From positions 1 through 41,771 of the IMG/VR virus record IMGVR_UViG_3300022936_000016: 41,771 nucleotides of DNA. One strand, written 5' to 3'. Positions 26,201 through 33,485 of the stretch are shown here, one piece after another (the stretch's first letter is position 1; every line of letters begins with the position of its first letter). A program made the translations under genes and the position numbers. This DNA comes from a virus. Taxonomy: Duplodnaviria > Caudoviricetes. A model generated the notes under the pieces. That model was not told the DNA's origin. It made no database searches and saw only the letters and a list, made by a program, of their open reading frames with translations.

Positions 26201-26541
26201 CCTTGCGGATCAACCCGCGCGGCGGCACCGGGTCGGCGACCAGCGCTTACCATGAGACGAGCAGCACCGGGCCGACTGTGGCCAGCGCGGTCGGCCTGAC
26301 GGCGATTTCGCGCACTGGGGATGCGACTCACCTTTATCGTAACGGGGCGGAGATTTCGAACCGCTCGACGCTGACTAACTCGGCCCCTGGCGCTGTCGAT
26401 CTGACGGTGCTGGGCGCGAACGGGGTGTTCCCGACGCATCGAGTCATCTGCGCGGGCTTCGGTGCGTATCTCGACGCGACGGCCCATGCTGCGCTGTATT
26501 CGGCGCTGTCGACCTACTTCACCGCGCGGGGCGTGTCGTGA
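23296..26541 (+). CDS. Large virion-module protein: PhoD-like phosphatase + cadherin-like + lectin-like domains (1081 aa)
   Basis: ASC, GDMSY, DDHE, DGR, EQMAW, SGDVH motifs; cadherin DTTAPTI..SVAEN..DYEAP.D..NN.Y.VTVRATD; TGATG-coupled start. Confidence 0.8.
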   Translation: MLIAPGRIGLPQRRRVGGTPAPTPTAPLATSAFAGTPKSGPRTFSNAHSTTYFGFDYGYNQQGTGAIALVDDPTGLHGKVLQTSPGAAGAAYVAEQFRYAAHKDAIGDGAAPTQYAVWLRTIDAGHFRRLVYIPSGSGSLFSAHPAGDTTQATPCFTIGYAASGSGFKFTVNGTAVGREIPYGWSEFGGSWNATADTLSLFTKLAGEGSWTTERSGAVAAFTAPQSIRSGAWSTSGGPVAYKGWAWSDLSFADTEGDFLFVACYVGFTDQTRMSAGLYCPDGLLTGATKARLRWAAGDDPTGGTETTPVALSGKANDQIALTITSGLTHNTNYCHQFEYLDDDDNVLAVSEPFLWGTLANRGTAVSAQLALASCWENTTAGHPYRDDEYVAATANGDYRKIGMLAVGDMSYEGSDLGQANPYRTLRPDQSQGDFTQAKLEFFADMAVHRNARRGPMRMLLDDHETASNPTIKYLPRGALAGTLASAYPEANNTNYQGGITIGEVIGNGLQVYFDWFHVHNLNRVSDTKYYSRFHHGNIEVIGADGRYERIQFESSGNQVMSAEQMAWHVDQINDINATGTAELTIFYSQVGLSGFTSKSTEGWHNIAATQAQVFNDALATLTTKSLFLSGDVHLGYVAHTKWNATTANPTKPANFIAEVKGSGCAQNCATSVQTDYNADPGNVPWKYVLSSMGSGKRVIRSSPVMMTIGMNLSSIVVGAKVDGGAPSTHTLYTAAADTTAPTINSSATFSVAENVTLAHALTASESVTWTIVGGADAADYEISGSTLRWAGNTTRDYEAPVDADTNNSYIVTVRATDGAGNFTDQTITGTVTDVSEGGGGYTFTNSEAAALVAARTDSITDAHKGHIDTLVGSLKAAGAFNWDMLYVLIGANDASTRLNYANPAANPLTGAATFTSGQGLTGNGANLLSTGKNANATTHMLGTSGTMFVWVAEAGATVGSTLGIATGNTLRINPRGGTGSATSAYHETSSTGPTVASAVGLTAISRTGDATHLYRNGAEISNRSTLTNSAPGAVDLTVLGANGVFPTHRVICAGFGAYLDATAHAALYSALSTYFTARGVS

Positions 26542-26565
26542 GCCAAAATGAAAAAGGAAATCGGC

Positions 26566-26748
26566 ATGAAGATGACAGTCAAGGCGCTGAAGCCGCACAC
26601 CAACCTGATGGGGGTGCACGCGGTGGGCGACGTTTACGTGCATCCGCAGCCGGCGGGGGATCTGGCGTTCGAGCTGGTTGAGGAAGTGACCGCCAGCGCG
26701 GCCGGCGCTGCCGCGAAGCCGAAGCCGAGCGCAGCCAAGCCCGCCTGA
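26566..26748 (+). CDS. Small structural-module protein (60 aa)
   Basis: AAGGA RBS; VKALKPH..GDVY..LVEE followed by an Ala/Lys/Pro tail. Confidence 0.6.
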   Translation: MKMTVKALKPHTNLMGVHAVGDVYVHPQPAGDLAFELVEEVTASAAGAAAKPKPSAAKPA

Positions 26749-26753
26749 TCGGC

Positions 26754-27164
26754 ATGAAGTTCATGCTGCGCGGCGGCGAGGAGGCATTGGCCAATTTGCG
26801 CCGGCTGCGCGAGGCGGTCTCGCCGCCATACATGCAGGCGGCAGCAATCGAAGCATTGCAACCGGTGGTCGCCGATGCGCGCGACCTGGCACCGGTGGAG
26901 GATGGCGACCTGCGCGACAGCATCGGCGTCAAAGTGCTGGAGGACGGGTCGGTCGCAGTGGTGATCGGTGACTGGAAGGGGCATTTCTTCGAGTTCGGCA
27001 CCGTCAAGATGCGCGCGCAGCCGATGCTGATCCCGGCTTGGGACGCCAACGAGGAGTTGGTGATTGCGCGGTTCGGGCGGGCGGTCGCGGTTAACATCGA
27101 GCGGCCGTACTCACGCGGGGGCAACAGCCTGCGCGCAGGGCTCCGTTTCGAGGGGGATGCGTGA
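26754..27164 (+). CDS. HK97 gp10-like tail component
   Basis: APVEDGDLRDSI; HFFEFGTVKMRAQPMLIPAW. Confidence 0.9.
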   Translation: MKFMLRGGEEALANLRRLREAVSPPYMQAAAIEALQPVVADARDLAPVEDGDLRDSIGVKVLEDGSVAVVIGDWKGHFFEFGTVKMRAQPMLIPAWDANEELVIARFGRAVAVNIERPYSRGGNSLRAGLRFEGDA

Positions 27165-27574
27165 TGTACGAGGCACTGGTGGCAAGGCTGCGCGCGGATG
27201 CGGGCGTGGCGGGGGCTGCCGGCGTGGTCCGCGGTCGCCCGGCGGTGGACCTGCACGAGCGCAAATCCGACGCAGCGGAGGCGTTTCCGGCGGTGGTGAT
27301 CACCACGCTGGGGGCTGGCCGGCTGTACGATCAGGACGGCGCCGGCGGGCTGGAAAACCCGCGCGTGCGGTTCGAGTGTTTCGGGCTGTCGGCGGGGGAT
27401 TCGATCGTGCTGGCGCGCGCGGTGAGGGATGCGATCGAGGCCGGGGGCGAGACCGCCGGGGTGCGGTTTCATCGCGGCAAGCTGCGGTTCGAGCGGAGTT
27501 TCCCACCCGAGGACGTGGCGACCCTGAAAATATTCCGGACCATCATCGACATGGATGTCCCGGCCACTTTTTAA
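27161..27574 (+). CDS. Tail terminator (DUF3168-like)
   Basis: EALVARLRAD..FPAVV..RVRFECFG; position before the tube gene. Confidence 0.8.
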   Translation: MMYEALVARLRADAGVAGAAGVVRGRPAVDLHERKSDAAEAFPAVVITTLGAGRLYDQDGAGGLENPRVRFECFGLSAGDSIVLARAVRDAIEAGGETAGVRFHRGKLRFERSFPPEDVATLKIFRTIIDMDVPATF

Positions 27575-27618
27575 GCAGACCTGCGAGTTGAGGCCGATTT
27601 CAAGCGAGGAGATTTACG

Positions 27619-28056
27619 ATGGCAACTGGTGATGGGGTACTGAGCGACGGCACCGAGCTGTGGCTGACGAATACCAGCGCGACGCTGACCAAGGTGTTGG
27701 GGCTGATGAGCGTCAACCGCCCGAACCTGTCGATCGCCAAGGTCGAGGCAACTGACCATGATAGCGGCAATGTGAAGGAATATATTCCCGGCCACGGCGA
27801 CGTGGGCGAGCTGACCGCAGTGGTCAAGTACGAGCCCGGCAGCCCGACCGACACGCTGATCCTCGAGCATCTGGCGAGCCGCGCCAAGCGCGCGTTCAAG
27901 ATCGTGACGGTGGAAGAGGACGGCACCAAGCAGGACAACACCGGGAGCATGTTCCTGATGTCCTACGTGCCCGACAACGCCCCGTTGGGTGCGATGCGGA
28001 CCGCCACACTGACCGGCCAGCCCGGTCCGGTGACGCAGGCCGCCGCCAGTGCCTGA
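27619..28056 (+). CDS. Tail tube protein
   Basis: AGGAG RBS; VEATDHDS..KEYIPG..DVGE; lambda-like TTP pattern. Confidence 0.88.
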   Translation: MATGDGVLSDGTELWLTNTSATLTKVLGLMSVNRPNLSIAKVEATDHDSGNVKEYIPGHGDVGELTAVVKYEPGSPTDTLILEHLASRAKRAFKIVTVEEDGTKQDNTGSMFLMSYVPDNAPLGAMRTATLTGQPGPVTQAAASA

Positions 28057-28543
28057 TCCCGGCGCTTACGGCGCCGTGGTGCGCGGCAACCGGTTCGAGG
28101 GCACGGCTTCGTTCATGTACGAGGGCGTGCCCTATCGCCTGGTGATGAACAACCGGGTGCTGCTGGAGGCCGAGGACGTGCTCGGCTATTCGGCGATCGA
28201 TGCCGCCGAGGAGGCCAAGCAGGCGCTGGCCTCCGGGCGCAACCCCAAGCTGCGCACGGTGGTGGCGCTGTTCTATGGCGCGCTAGTGCAGAACCACCCC
28301 GGGGTGAGCCAGGACATGGCGATCGCCATGTTCATGGACGACGACGAGGCGCCCAAGCAAGCATTCCGGGCGGCGCTGCGCGCGACCGACGTGCCGGCAT
28401 CGGATGGTGCGGAGGGAAACGGGGCAAAGCTGGCCAGCGCCAACCCGCCGGCCAATCAGAGCCCGAAAAGCAAGGCTGGGACTGGGAAGACATCTTCCGG
28501 TCGTGGTGCGGCGGCGGGTTCGCGGCGGAAGGGTTCTGGCTAG
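28049..28543 (+). CDS. Tail assembly chaperone (gpG-like)
   Basis: Between the tube and tape measure genes; contains a slippery site. Confidence 0.8.
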   Translation: MPDPGAYGAVVRGNRFEGTASFMYEGVPYRLVMNNRVLLEAEDVLGYSAIDAAEEAKQALASGRNPKLRTVVALFYGALVQNHPGVSQDMAIAMFMDDDEAPKQAFRAALRATDVPASDGAEGNGAKLASANPPANQSPKSKAGTGKTSSGRGAAAGSRRKGSG

Positions 28544-28803
28544 CCACGCCGCTGGCCGTGATCGTGGCGCTGCAGGGCGCGCGGGCGCGGCGCGAGGGTG
28601 AATATCGTAACCATGTGATCGGGGCGTGGATGACCGGCCTGCTGGCCGGCATGGCCGACCCGAAGACCTATCCCGAGCTGAACACGCTGCTCGAGCCCGA
28701 GGACAAGCCCGAACCCGCCCCGGCCGATCCGGCCGAGGCGAGCAGCAATGCGCGGGCATGGGGTGCGTGGTTGCAGGCGGTGAACAAGCGCGCCGGGGTC
28801 TGA
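28414..28803 (+). other. Programmed -1 frameshift site G GGA AAC (28414-28420) and gpT-like extension
   Basis: X XXY YYZ in the chaperone frame; the -1 frame is open to TGA 28803 and reads WDWEDIF..GFWLATP..GAW. Confidence 0.85.
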
Positions 28804-28891
28804 TCCCCGGCGCGCGATCGTTTCGGACGACAGAACAAGCACACGGCCCCGGCGCACTGCGCCGCGGGCCCTTTTGGCGTTGGAGGGTGAG

Positions 28892-31834
28892 ATGGGGTCC
28901 ATTGCCAATCTCAGTGCGGCGCTGGAATGGGATATCGACGATTTCCAGCGCGGCACGGTGAGCATCGAAAGCGCGTTCAAGTCGATTATCGGGCTGGCCG
29001 GGACGATGGCCGACGCGGTGGCCAATGCCGGGCGGCGGATGACGCTGGGGCTGACCCTGCCGATCGCCGGGATCGGGGCGCTGATGACGCGCGCGGCGAG
29101 CGACGCGCAGGAGCTGCAATCGGCTTACGATTACACCTTCGGGCGGATGTCGCAGGCGATGAACCGCTGGGCCGAGACGCAGGGCGATGCCATGGGCCGT
29201 TCGACGCAGGAAATGCAGCAGGGCGCGCTGGCTTTCGGGCAGCTGTTCAAGGCGGCGGCGCCGACCGAGGAGGCCGCGGCGCGGATGTCGCAGCGGTTCA
29301 CCGAACTGGCGCAGGACGCGGCCAGTTTCTACAACACCGACTTTGACACGGCGATGGGCAAGATCCGCTCGGGCCTGACCGGCGAGGCCGAGCCGCTGCG
29401 CGATTTCGGGGTGTTCCTGACCGAGGCGGCGGTGAAGGCCAAGGCGCTCGAGCTGGGTCTCATCACCAGCGGGCAGGAAATCGACGAGTACGGCAAGATC
29501 ATGGCGCGGGCCGCGCTGATCGCCGAGGGCCTGATCGACGCGCAGGGCGATATCGAGCGCACGTCCGACAGCCTGGCCAATCGCGTGCGCGCGATCAAAT
29601 CCCAATTTCACGAACTGGCGGTCGAGATCGGCGAGTACCTGATCCCCTACGCCCAGAAAGCCGCTGCCGTGGTAGAATCCATGGTCGACTGGTTCAAGAA
29701 CCTGCCCGAGGGCGTCAAGCGCGCGGCGGTGGGGTTCGGGGTGTTCCTGGCCGCGCTGGGGCCGCTGTCGATCGCCTTGTCGGCGATCGCGGTGACCTTG
29801 CTGCCGCTGCTGCTGGTGCGGCTCGGCCCGGTGATGCTGGCGATCAGCGCGATCGTCAATCCGATCGGCACGGCGGTGGCGCTGCTGGCGAAGTTCGGGC
29901 TGTCGTGGACGGTGATTTCGACCGCGCTGGGTGCGGTGTTGCCGCTGTTCCTGCGGTTCCTCGGCCCGGTGGGGCTGGTGATCACGCTGTTGCAGGTGTT
30001 CGGCGACGACATCGCCAAGGGATTCAGCCGGTTCGGCGAGATCGTGCGCGAGGCGGTGGGTCCGAGATTGCAGGAGCTGTTCGCGCGCCTGGCCGGGCTG
30101 GCCGACCAGCTGGGCGCGGCGTTCGACCAGTTGATGGCATCCGAGCTTGGCAAATTCCTTGGGTGGCTGGGTGAGATGATCGGCAAGCTGATCGTCGGTT
30201 TCTTCGAACTGGCCGCGTATCTGGTGGGCGGATGGCTGAGCAACGTGCTGTCGGTGTTGAACGCGGTGGTCGAGGCGGTGGCCGGTGTTGTCGACGTGGT
30301 GACCAGGCTGCTGTCGGGCGACTGGGCTGGCGCGTGGGAGGCGGCCACGCAGGTGGTCGGGCGGGCGATGATCCGCATCGGGCAGTGGGTTTCCGAGCTG
30401 TGGCCGTGGCTGGGCGGGATGATCCAGATGCTCGGCCGGCTGACCGGGGCGGAGATCACCACGCCGGAGGCGCCTGGCGCGGTCAGCGCGGGCGGCGCGG
30501 GGAATGGCGAGATTGCGGTGGGCGGCGGCGGGCGCAATTACGGCACCGGCGGCGACGCGGACAAGGCGCGCAAGAAGGGCCGCAGCGGGCCGACCGCCGA
30601 GGAACTGGCCGACCGGCGCGAGAGCCTGCGGATCGAGCACGAGCTGGCGCTGGCGCGCGAGCGCGGCGACGTGGACGCGATTCGCGCGCTCGAGCGGCAG
30701 CGTGACCTGCGCAGCGCGATCGACCGGTACGAGCAGGCCGGGCTGAACGCGGCACAGGCGCAGATCGCCGCCGAGCGCGACATGGCCGAGCTGGACCGGG
30801 CGCGGATCGACGCACGCCAGACCATGCTGGGGCAGCGCCGGCGCGAGACCGAATATGCGGTCGCGCAGCTCAACGAAGATCACGCGCACCTGCGCTATCT
30901 CGAGGATGCGCGCGATCTCGAGGACCGGATCCGCGAGTTGAACCAGGCCGGTTACGACCTGGCGGTGGCCGAAAACATCGCGGCGGCCGAGATGCTGGCG
31001 ATCGAGCAGGCGCGGGCCGACCAGGCCGAGCGGCGCCTGGCCGATCAGGAACGCGCGCGGCAGATCGAGCTGGCGCGGCTGCGCGGCGACGACGAGGATT
31101 CGATTTCGCGGATGGAGGAGGGCTTGCGGGTCACCGATCGCGCGGCCGAGCTGGAGCGCGATTTCGGCAAGAGCCGCGCCGAGGCGCTGGAACAGGCGCA
31201 GCGCGAGGCGATGGAGCGGTCGCAGGCGCACATGCAGGGCACGTTCCGCGATGCGTTCCGCGGCGGGCTGCAGGCGGCGCTCGACGGCGACCTGGGCGGC
31301 TATTTCGAGGGGTGGATGCGCGACCGGACGTTCAAGGCGTTGTCCAACGTGCTCGACCGCCTGGCCGACAGCCTGGCCAACCTGGTGTCGGGCGCAGGTT
31401 CGGGCGGTGGCGGTGGCTTGCTGGGCACCATCGCGGGGCTGTTTTCGGGGCTGGGTGGCGGCGGTGGCGGCGGTTTCGCCGGTGGATCGGCCGCGTGGGG
31501 CCAGGCCAGTGCGGTGCCGGGGTTCGCCACCGGCGGGCGGTTCACGGTCAAGGGCTTCCCCGGGATCGACAAGAACCTGCTGAGCCTCAACGGCAACCCG
31601 GTGGCGCGGATTTCCAGCGGCGAGATCATGAATATCCAAAGGCCCGGCGGCGCGGCCAACGACCGCGGAGTGCAGCGGGTGGCGGTGGAAATCGTCGACA
31701 CCACCGGGCTGTTCGAGACCCGCGTGCAGACCATCGCGGGCGAGCAGCTGGCCGAGGCGGCGCCGGCGATGGTCGGCGTGGCCAGCGGCCGCGCGGTTAG
31801 CCGGATGCAGCGCCAGCAGGATCGGGAATTCTGA
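28892..31834 (+). CDS. Tape measure protein
   Basis: About 980 aa, helical and Ala-rich, with hydrophobic segments and FATGG; GGAGG RBS before ATG 28892. Confidence 0.92.
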   Translation: MGSIANLSAALEWDIDDFQRGTVSIESAFKSIIGLAGTMADAVANAGRRMTLGLTLPIAGIGALMTRAASDAQELQSAYDYTFGRMSQAMNRWAETQGDAMGRSTQEMQQGALAFGQLFKAAAPTEEAAARMSQRFTELAQDAASFYNTDFDTAMGKIRSGLTGEAEPLRDFGVFLTEAAVKAKALELGLITSGQEIDEYGKIMARAALIAEGLIDAQGDIERTSDSLANRVRAIKSQFHELAVEIGEYLIPYAQKAAAVVESMVDWFKNLPEGVKRAAVGFGVFLAALGPLSIALSAIAVTLLPLLLVRLGPVMLAISAIVNPIGTAVALLAKFGLSWTVISTALGAVLPLFLRFLGPVGLVITLLQVFGDDIAKGFSRFGEIVREAVGPRLQELFARLAGLADQLGAAFDQLMASELGKFLGWLGEMIGKLIVGFFELAAYLVGGWLSNVLSVLNAVVEAVAGVVDVVTRLLSGDWAGAWEAATQVVGRAMIRIGQWVSELWPWLGGMIQMLGRLTGAEITTPEAPGAVSAGGAGNGEIAVGGGGRNYGTGGDADKARKKGRSGPTAEELADRRESLRIEHELALARERGDVDAIRALERQRDLRSAIDRYEQAGLNAAQAQIAAERDMAELDRARIDARQTMLGQRRRETEYAVAQLNEDHAHLRYLEDARDLEDRIRELNQAGYDLAVAENIAAAEMLAIEQARADQAERRLADQERARQIELARLRGDDEDSISRMEEGLRVTDRAAELERDFGKSRAEALEQAQREAMERSQAHMQGTFRDAFRGGLQAALDGDLGGYFEGWMRDRTFKALSNVLDRLADSLANLVSGAGSGGGGGLLGTIAGLFSGLGGGGGGGFAGGSAAWGQASAVPGFATGGRFTVKGFPGIDKNLLSLNGNPVARISSGEIMNIQRPGGAANDRGVQRVAVEIVDTTGLFETRVQTIAGEQLAEAAPAMVGVASGRAVSRMQRQQDREF

Positions 31835-32427
31835 TGGCCGTGATTTTGCTTCCCGAGCGCCCGGCCTCGGCCAAGCTGGAATGGGAGATGATCGATTTCG
31901 GCGGGACGCTGAGCAGCCCGCTGGGCGGATCGGACCAGCGGCTGAACCGTCCCGGCATGCGGCGCAAGGCGATCGTGACCTTGCCGGCGATGGATGTGGC
32001 GCAGGCGATGGAGTGGTCGACGCAGCTCGAGCTGGCGATCCAGTTCGGCGCGGCGTGGCGGATCCGGCAGCCGGGGTTTTCGGTCGGTTCGCCCGGCACG
32101 GTGCTGGTCGCCGGGGGCGCGCAGGCCGGCTATTCTCTGGCGGTCGACGGGCTGCGCGTCGGCTACACCTGGCGGCGCGGGCAATATGCCAGCGTGCTGA
32201 CCGGGGGGGTGCGTTACCTTTACAAGATCGCGGCAACGGCGCGCACGGCGAACGGCGCGGGTGCGCTGGCGCTGACCACGCCGCTGCGCGCGACCCCGGC
32301 GGACAACAGTCCGGTCGAACTGGCGCGGCCGGTGATCGAGGGGCTGCTCGCTGGACTTTCGACCGGGTCGACCGATCCCGACCACCTGGCGCGCGGGTTC
32401 AGCTTCGCGATCGCGGAGCGGCGCTGA
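31834..32427 (+). CDS. Distal tail protein-like
   Basis: Directly after the tape measure; SPLGG..QR..RPG.R..F.IAE. Confidence 0.7.
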   Translation: MAVILLPERPASAKLEWEMIDFGGTLSSPLGGSDQRLNRPGMRRKAIVTLPAMDVAQAMEWSTQLELAIQFGAAWRIRQPGFSVGSPGTVLVAGGAQAGYSLAVDGLRVGYTWRRGQYASVLTGGVRYLYKIAATARTANGAGALALTTPLRATPADNSPVELARPVIEGLLAGLSTGSTDPDHLARGFSFAIAERR

Positions 32428-33059
32428 TGGCTGTCACCGACCTGGCGATCACGATCGCGCACTGGGTGAAATGGGAAGCGCCGGGCGGCGACGTGCGCCT
32501 GGTGCTCGAGGGCGGCATGGTCGATTTCGGGGGTGAGCGGTACGAGGCCGAGCACGCGGTGTTCGGGGTGATGGCGCCGCCGGGCGCGATCGAGGCCGGG
32601 TTCGGCGACGTGGCCGAGGACGGCCAGCTGGCGTTTTACCCCAACCCGCTGGCGGCGGTGAGCGACTGGTGGCGGTTCGACCTGGAGGGCACGCGCGTGC
32701 GGGTGTGGCAGGGCGAGATCGACGCCGACGGGATCACCGCGATCAACGCCAAGCTGCTGCAGGATCTGCAGGTGGATACGGCCGAGCGGGCGCGGGCGCT
32801 CGGGCAGGAAATCCTGCTGCTCGAGCTGATCGGGCGGCAGGAACGGATGTTCCTGACCACCGAAGGCAATGTGTGCAGCGACCGGTTCCACCAGACGGTG
32901 TTCGCCGGCGAAAAGGGGTTGGCCAACTGCACCGACCTGGTCGGGTTCGTGCCGTGGGGCGCCGCGGCGCCGCCGCGCGGGTCGATCGGTGGCGGCAGTG
33001 CCCCGGGCGGCGCGGCCAATAATCGCGGCGCCCGCGCGCAGCAGATGTCAAGCCGATGA
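32427..33059 (+). CDS. Tail tip protein (hub/gpL-like position)
   Basis: TGATG coupling; position in the tip module. Confidence 0.65.
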   Translation: MAVTDLAITIAHWVKWEAPGGDVRLVLEGGMVDFGGERYEAEHAVFGVMAPPGAIEAGFGDVAEDGQLAFYPNPLAAVSDWWRFDLEGTRVRVWQGEIDADGITAINAKLLQDLQVDTAERARALGQEILLLELIGRQERMFLTTEGNVCSDRFHQTVFAGEKGLANCTDLVGFVPWGAAAPPRGSIGGGSAPGGAANNRGARAQQMSSR

Positions 33060-33481
33060 ACCTGGCAGAGCGGGCGGCCGCGACCGACAGCGTGCTGGCG
33101 CGGTATCGCGGCAAGCCGTTTAGCTGGTCCGGGGCGAACTGCATCCGCCTGGCGCGGGCGCAGGGCGTGACGATGGGGCACAATCTGCCGCCGGTGCCGC
33201 TGTTCCGCACGCCGCTGGGCGCGAAGCGGGCGCTGCGGGCACAGGGCGTGGATAGCGTGGAGGCGCTGCTCGACCGCTATTTCGTGCGGCTGCCCGCGCC
33301 CGCCTTCGCGTGGGTGGGGGATCTGTGCGTGCTGCCGGAGGAGCCGGGCGCGGGCGGGTTGGCGGCGGTGTGCATCGCCGACGGGCAGGGCAACCTGCTG
33401 GGCTGGCACGAGGCCAACCCCGACGGCATGTCGACGATCAAGTTCGCGGCGGGCGATGTCCGCGCGGCGTGGAGGCTGTAG
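33056..33481 (+). CDS. NlpC/P60-like tail assembly protein (DUF6950-like)
   Basis: PFSWSGANC..GD..AWRL. Confidence 0.7.
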   Translation: MNLAERAAATDSVLARYRGKPFSWSGANCIRLARAQGVTMGHNLPPVPLFRTPLGAKRALRAQGVDSVEALLDRYFVRLPAPAFAWVGDLCVLPEEPGAGGLAAVCIADGQGNLLGWHEANPDGMSTIKFAAGDVRAAWRL

Positions 33482-33485
33482 AGCA

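Noticed and set aside
28845-28875. Hairpin plus TTTT before the tape measure gene as a distinct regulatory RNA
   Set aside because: Bulged stem with a short T tract; at most a weak terminator, and nothing supports more
28283-32236. Very long antisense ORFs (also 8131..10839, 23377..25893, 11871..13967, 19689..21500)
   Set aside because: Arg/Pro/Ala-rich shadow frames opposite well-supported genes; expected in high-GC DNA
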